NCBI GenBank assembly: GCA_052168235.1
Contig: JBQLZK010000004.1
Coordinates: 96,001 to 160,000, forward strand
Origin: Thainema sp.
GTDB lineage: Bacteria > Cyanobacteriota > Cyanobacteriia > Phormidesmidales > Phormidesmidaceae
Reading direction: 5' to 3'
DNA: 64,000 nt
Of this stretch, positions 59,455 to 64,000 are shown in pieces. Each line of letters begins with the position of its first letter. Positions within the stretch are counted from its first letter, which is position 1. Below the pieces are notes generated by a model. That model did no database searches, was not told the DNA's origin, and was given only the letters and a program-made list of their open reading frames with translations. Position numbers and translations under genes: made by a program.

Positions 59455-60384
59455 TTAAAGGGACGAGGAACGAATCTGTTGAGGTTGGGGATGATTTACT
59501 TTTAGGATCATGCCTTCTCGCGCCATCACGGCATTGGGTAGGCTGGCCTGAATGTTCATTTCGATCTGATCTAGCTGATCATCATCTTGATAAGGATCAT
59601 GATAGAACAGGACTAACTTGCTAACTTCAGCGGTTTTTGCCAATGTGATGGCTGACTGCCAAACCAAATCGCTAACAGTCTGGGTCAGATTCAAATCGTA
59701 GTAGGCATGATCGGCGTAGGTGCCATCGTAGATTAAAACATCTGCAGTTTGTGCCAAATACAGCAGATTTTGATCTACGTCTTCGGCAGCATGATTGGTA
59801 TCGGTGGCATAAACCAGCGAATGATCACCCCAGGTTATTCGATAGCCTAAAGCGCTGTTTGGGCGATTGAGCGAAATAGTCTCAATCATCACATCACCAA
59901 TCGACAGGACGCTTCCAGGTGAAATATTGCAGAACGATAGGTGCGATCGCATCATTTGCAGCGGCGTCGGAAAATTAGGGCGCAGCATCTGATCGGTCAG
60001 CCGCTGCTTAATCGAAGCTCCATTGGGTGCGGTGGCACCATAGATTGAAAATCGGTTGCCTTCAATAAAAGCAGGGATAAAAAAGGGGAAACCCTGAATC
60101 CGATCCCAATGGGTATGGGTAAAAAAGATGTGGGCCTCGACTGGCTGAGGTTGATTGAGCAAGTGCTTTCCTAAAACCCGTAGCCCTGTTCCACCATCAA
60201 AAATCAGCCTATGCCCGCCTACAAGTACTTCAACACAGGCCGTGTTACCGCCGTACCGGACTGTTTCAACACCGGGGGTTGGAATACTGCCGCGCACGCC
60301 CCAAAACTGAACTGTAAAGGGAGTAGTTGAATTATTCGCTAGCGACGATGATTGTAATGCTGTAAGGGAGTCCGATCCTGCCAT
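59455..60384 (-). CDS. MBL-fold metallo-hydrolase
   Basis: FWGVRGSIPTP, YGGNTAC, DGGTG, THTHWDRIQG. Confidence 0.88.
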   Translation of the reverse strand: MAGSDSLTALQSSSLANNSTTPFTVQFWGVRGSIPTPGVETVRYGGNTACVEVLVGGHRLIFDGGTGLRVLGKHLLNQPQPVEAHIFFTHTHWDRIQGFPFFIPAFIEGNRFSIYGATAPNGASIKQRLTDQMLRPNFPTPLQMMRSHLSFCNISPGSVLSIGDVMIETISLNRPNSALGYRITWGDHSLVYATDTNHAAEDVDQNLLYLAQTADVLIYDGTYADHAYYDLNLTQTVSDLVWQSAITLAKTAEVSKLVLFYHDPYQDDDQLDQIEMNIQASLPNAVMAREGMILKVNHPQPQQIRSSSL

Positions 60385-60916
60385 GTTAGATTAAGCCTAG
60401 TGAAACACGTCAGCACTACCGTTCATGCTGAAGCTGACAAATCGTACATCAATTCATTCAAGTCCGCATACAGGAAACCGATTATTTCATGAAAAACTGA
60501 TACCGCAGACCTTTCACGAAATGATCCTGGGGTTTCCACTGGACTTGATATTAGTCATAGTACCCAGACTAAGCCTGGAGTTATTATTCGTTGCACCCTT
60601 AACTCGGACTTTTTACCGGAACTTGTCATTTGTTCCTGAAGAAAACCTTTAATTTCTAACTACACGGGACAAGATGCGATTCCCGGTCAAATCATAGTGA
60701 ATTAGAAGAATTAAAAATAATCGGGGTTAATCTGCGATCGCGCAACTCAACTGATACTAGCATTTCTGACTCTGTACCCGGCAATACCTTTCCACCTAGT
60801 GCCGTCAGATTTTAGGCAGTTGCTGACTTGGACGGTTATTGAGATCCAAATAGTGACATAGTTCAAACTTTAAATTTTTTGTGAAGCATATTCGCTGGCA
60901 TGCTTTCCTACATGAC

Positions 60917-60956
60917 AAAAAGGCCGTCTACCATCAAAACACGTGGCAAACGGCCT
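60917..60956 (-). terminator. Intrinsic terminator of ppa
   Basis: AGGCCGT...ACGGCCT stem with a T-tract on the minus strand. Confidence 0.6.
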
Positions 60957-60979
60957 CTTCTAATCTAAATTCGTACTAC

Positions 60980-61489
60980 TTACTTGACTGCTTTGATGCA
61001 CTCGTCAATTAGAGGCTGTACGGCATCAAGGCCTTTCCAGCCCAAAATTTCGGTTACTTTCTTCTCAAGGTTTTTGTAGGTTTTAAAGAATTCAGCGATT
61101 TCATCCAGCCGATGCTGAGCGATATCATTTAGTGATTTGACATCTTTAAAGCGCGGATCTTCGGTGGGAACGCACAGCAGCTTCTCATCGCGATCGCCAC
61201 CGTCAATCATTTCCAGCATGCCAATCGGACGAGCCGCAATCACGCAGCCCGGAAAGGTTGGCTGATCCATAATCACCATACCGTCGAGCGGATCGCCATC
61301 ATCGGCCAGCGTATTGGGGACAAAGCCATAGTCATAGGGATAGGCAACCGACGAAAACAGTACGCGATCTAAGATAAAAGCTCCCATGTCTTTATCAAAT
61401 TCGTACTTGTTTTTGCTGCCGCCCGGAATTTCGATCAGCACATTCAGTACGCCGGGTTCTGGCTGGGCAGGAATTCGCGATAAGTCCAC
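60980..61489 (-). CDS. ppa: Inorganic pyrophosphatase
   Basis: IEIP.GS.NKYE, YPYDYGF, DGDPLD, FFKTYK. Confidence 0.96.
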   Translation of the reverse strand: MDLSRIPAQPEPGVLNVLIEIPGGSKNKYEFDKDMGAFILDRVLFSSVAYPYDYGFVPNTLADDGDPLDGMVIMDQPTFPGCVIAARPIGMLEMIDGGDRDEKLLCVPTEDPRFKDVKSLNDIAQHRLDEIAEFFKTYKNLEKKVTEILGWKGLDAVQPLIDECIKAVK

Positions 61490-61904
61490 AACAATCCTCT
61501 CTGCGATAAATCCAAAAACAATAGGTTAAGTCATACTAAATCTGACCCAAAAGACTCCCAACACCGTAGGGTGGGCAGTGCCCACCAGCCCTAAATTGGT
61601 GTCATTAATGAGGAGTTACTTGCAGATTGAGTATGGGGGCTAAGTCATCTCCCCGAATAGCATTGTAGGGGAAGATGGTGAACCCCTAGCCATGCTGTTG
61701 TTGATAACTCCGGATTAGGGGTACGTTCAATCTATTTTTTATAGGTTGGTAGAGAGCTTGTGAGATTCAACAATCCCTTAAATCGTCGGGTTTCGCGTTG
61801 CTCAACCCAACCTACACGCTACACAGCCTATCTGCAACCGTTGACGTTATGGAGGGCAAATAGCCATTTGCCCCTACCAAACTTACGAGACCCAATCTAT
61901 GCAG

Positions 61905-63887
61905 CTATTTATCGGTTAGATAGGTATAGCGGCTGAGGTTGTCTTCGTAGTGCTGGAGCAGCAGTTGCGATTCTTTGAGGGTGATTTGCTTATCTTGCAG
62001 CGCCCGCTCGGTTTGCAAGCGAATGCTTTCGATCAGATCATCGGTGTTGTACTGCACATAGCCCAGCACTTCTTTAATGGTGTCGCCGCGCACCACGTGC
62101 TCAATTTTGTAGCCCTTGGGCGTGAGCTGAATATGAACGGTATTGGTATCGCCGAACAGGTTGTGCAAGTTGCCCATGATTTCCTGATAGGCACCACCTA
62201 GAAATAAGCCCAGATAGTACGGCTCATCGGGTTTCAGCGGATGCAGCTCAAGCACAGGTTTCACGTCGCGCAGATCGATAAACTGATCGATTTTGCCGTC
62301 GCTATCGCAGGTTAAATCGGCCAGCGTGGCGCGACGAGTCGGTTCCTCGTCCAGCCGATGAATCGGCATGATCGGGAAAAGCTGATCGATCGCCCAGCTA
62401 TCGGGAGCCGATTGAAAAACGGACAGGTTGATGTAATAAATCGAGGCCATTTCCTGCTCTAGCTCTTGCAGCTCGTCCGGCACGTAATCCTGCTGGCGCA
62501 CAATGTTCAAAATCTTTTCGCAGCAGGCCCAGTAGAGCCGCTCGGCTCGCGCCCGTTCCGCTAGCCGCAGGTAGCCGAAATTAAATAGGCTGGTGGCCTC
62601 ATCTTTGAACTGAACGGCGTCGTGGAAGGTTTCCTGATAGTTGTCGCTGTTGATCAGGTGATAGGTTTCGTGCAGGTTACGAATGATCAGGTGTTCACCA
62701 CCCTCCAGCGGGTTCGGTTGATAGGACACCTCACTGGCACTCAGCACATCGAACACTAAAACGGATTGGTGAGATGCGATCGCACGTCCGCTTTCGCTAA
62801 TCAGGGTTGGTACAGGTAAGTTACGCTCAGCACAGACTTCTTTCACCTCGATGACTACATCATTGGCGTAGTTCTGCATACTGTAGTTTTTGGAGGCTCG
62901 AAAGTTGGTTTTCGAGCCGTCATAATCCACGCCCAAGCCGCCGCCGACATCGAGATACTGCATGTTGGCTCCCAACTGGGCCAATTCAACATAAATTTGG
63001 CAGGCTTCTCGCAGCGCGTCTTTAATCACGCTGATCGACGAGGTTTGTGAGCCAATATGAAAATGCAGCAGTTGCAGACTGTCCATCATATCTGCCGCTT
63101 GCAGCATTTCGACCGCTTGCAGCATTTCGGCAATCGTCAGGCCAAATTTAGCCCGATCGCCGACCGAGGTACTCCACTGTCCAGTTCCCTTGGAGCTAAG
63201 CTTGGCTCGGACACCGACGACGGGACGAATATTGAGCTTTTGACTGGCTTTTAGCACCAGCTCTACCTCTTCCATCTGCTCAATCACGATGATTGAGAGA
63301 TGACCCAGTCGCTGGGCCAGCATGGCAGTTTCGATATACTCCTGATCCTTGTAGCCATTGCAAATCAGCAGGCTACCCGGCTCGGTCAGTGTCGCCAGCG
63401 CAATCATCAGTTCGGGTTTGGAACCTGCTTCTAGACCAAACTGGTGCGGACGACCAAATCGAACAAAATCTTCCACCAAATGGCGCTGCTGGTTACACTT
63501 GACCGGAAAGACGCCCCGATAAATACCGTCATAGTCGTAACGTGCGATCGCTTTTGAGAAGCAGGCATTCAGGCGCTCAATCCGGTCTTCCAAAATATCC
63601 GAAAAGCGAATCAGCAAGGGCAGCGACAAATTGCGCTGCTTCAATGCTTCCACTAGATCAAACAGGTCAATCGAACCACCCCGATCGCCCTGGGGTGTAA
63701 CGATCACATGACCCGTCGAGTTGATCGAAAAGTACGGTTCACCCCAGCCTTTAATCCGATACAGGGCTTCACTTTCTTCAATTGTCCAAGCCTGCTGGGT
63801 TGATGTTTTATCGATCGCTGGAGCTGACCGCTGCCCGTTGGTCTGACTCTCTGTGCTGCCCGATTCCATGACTGACCTTGGATTCAT
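61905..63887 (-). CDS. speA: Biosynthetic arginine decarboxylase
   Basis: FPVKCNQ, GLEAGSKPEL, HFHIGSQ, DVGGGLGVDYDG, ESGR, DLTCDSDG, GAYQE. Confidence 0.96.
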   Translation of the reverse strand: MNPRSVMESGSTESQTNGQRSAPAIDKTSTQQAWTIEESEALYRIKGWGEPYFSINSTGHVIVTPQGDRGGSIDLFDLVEALKQRNLSLPLLIRFSDILEDRIERLNACFSKAIARYDYDGIYRGVFPVKCNQQRHLVEDFVRFGRPHQFGLEAGSKPELMIALATLTEPGSLLICNGYKDQEYIETAMLAQRLGHLSIIVIEQMEEVELVLKASQKLNIRPVVGVRAKLSSKGTGQWSTSVGDRAKFGLTIAEMLQAVEMLQAADMMDSLQLLHFHIGSQTSSISVIKDALREACQIYVELAQLGANMQYLDVGGGLGVDYDGSKTNFRASKNYSMQNYANDVVIEVKEVCAERNLPVPTLISESGRAIASHQSVLVFDVLSASEVSYQPNPLEGGEHLIIRNLHETYHLINSDNYQETFHDAVQFKDEATSLFNFGYLRLAERARAERLYWACCEKILNIVRQQDYVPDELQELEQEMASIYYINLSVFQSAPDSWAIDQLFPIMPIHRLDEEPTRRATLADLTCDSDGKIDQFIDLRDVKPVLELHPLKPDEPYYLGLFLGGAYQEIMGNLHNLFGDTNTVHIQLTPKGYKIEHVVRGDTIKEVLGYVQYNTDDLIESIRLQTERALQDKQITLKESQLLLQHYEDNLSRYTYLTDK

Positions 63888-63925
63888 CGATCACATGCCC
63901 TCTACTTGCGTCTCACGTTTGTCTT

Positions 63926-64000
63926 GTCACATCTTGCACCTTGCCCGTTGAGAACCCGGAGAGGTTATTTTGCTGCCACATCGCGGCGGCAAAATAACCT
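63926..64000. mobile_element. MITE family B (copy 3), truncated by window end
   Basis: GTCACATCTTGCACC left end and central stem GGTTATTTTGCTGCCAC-ATC-GCGGCGGCAAAATAACC. Confidence 0.8.

Larger units (their letters stand above)
1..64000. repeat. HIP1 (GCGATCGC) highly iterated palindrome, often as TGCGATCGCA
   Basis: Dozens of occurrences in coding and non-coding DNA, e.g. 2897, 4505, 6425, 7168, 7984, 10658, 33732. Confidence 0.95.

Noticed and set aside
1..64000. CRISPR array / cas genes near the CHAT protease
   Set aside because: There are no regularly spaced direct repeats with unique spacers and no cas-like ORFs. The palindromes are dispersed single units.

Overview
This is a 64-kb chromosomal window from a cyanobacterium, shown by apcF, psbD, pex, pipX, an hli gene and dense HIP1 GCGATCGC sites. 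A Leptolyngbyaceae-like filamentous strain is my inference only. Most of the window is housekeeping genes: spp-ruvA-rpsO-pam68-aroF, pipX-pipY-sepF-proC, der-ecfT-pabB-like, rrf2-cysK, a porin, a stand-alone psbD, ppa and speA. I see no tRNA, rRNA, CRISPR array or transposase. Four things stand out. (1) A divergent four-gene cluster at 29.5-37.2 kb encodes four predicted exported proteins: an LRR-TPR-CHAT (caspase-like) protease with its His/Cys motifs intact, a paralogous LRR-pentapeptide protein, a split-FecR-like Cys-rich protein and a TPR-M48 metalloprotease. (2) The intergenic spaces hold many ~90-100 bp miniature elements from at least six families, three of them with readable target-site duplications. 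Nearly all carry a long, near-perfect central hairpin, usually with a GC-NNN-GC apex, whose arms co-vary between copies. Two cases are nested insertions. (3) A Trp-rich Nif11-type precursor peptide sits directly upstream of an orphan TldD protease. (4) Three small ORFs are missing from the ORF track (HLIP, a 43-aa membrane peptide, a 23-aa peptide with a perfect SD), and there is a candidate structured leader upstream of sepF.
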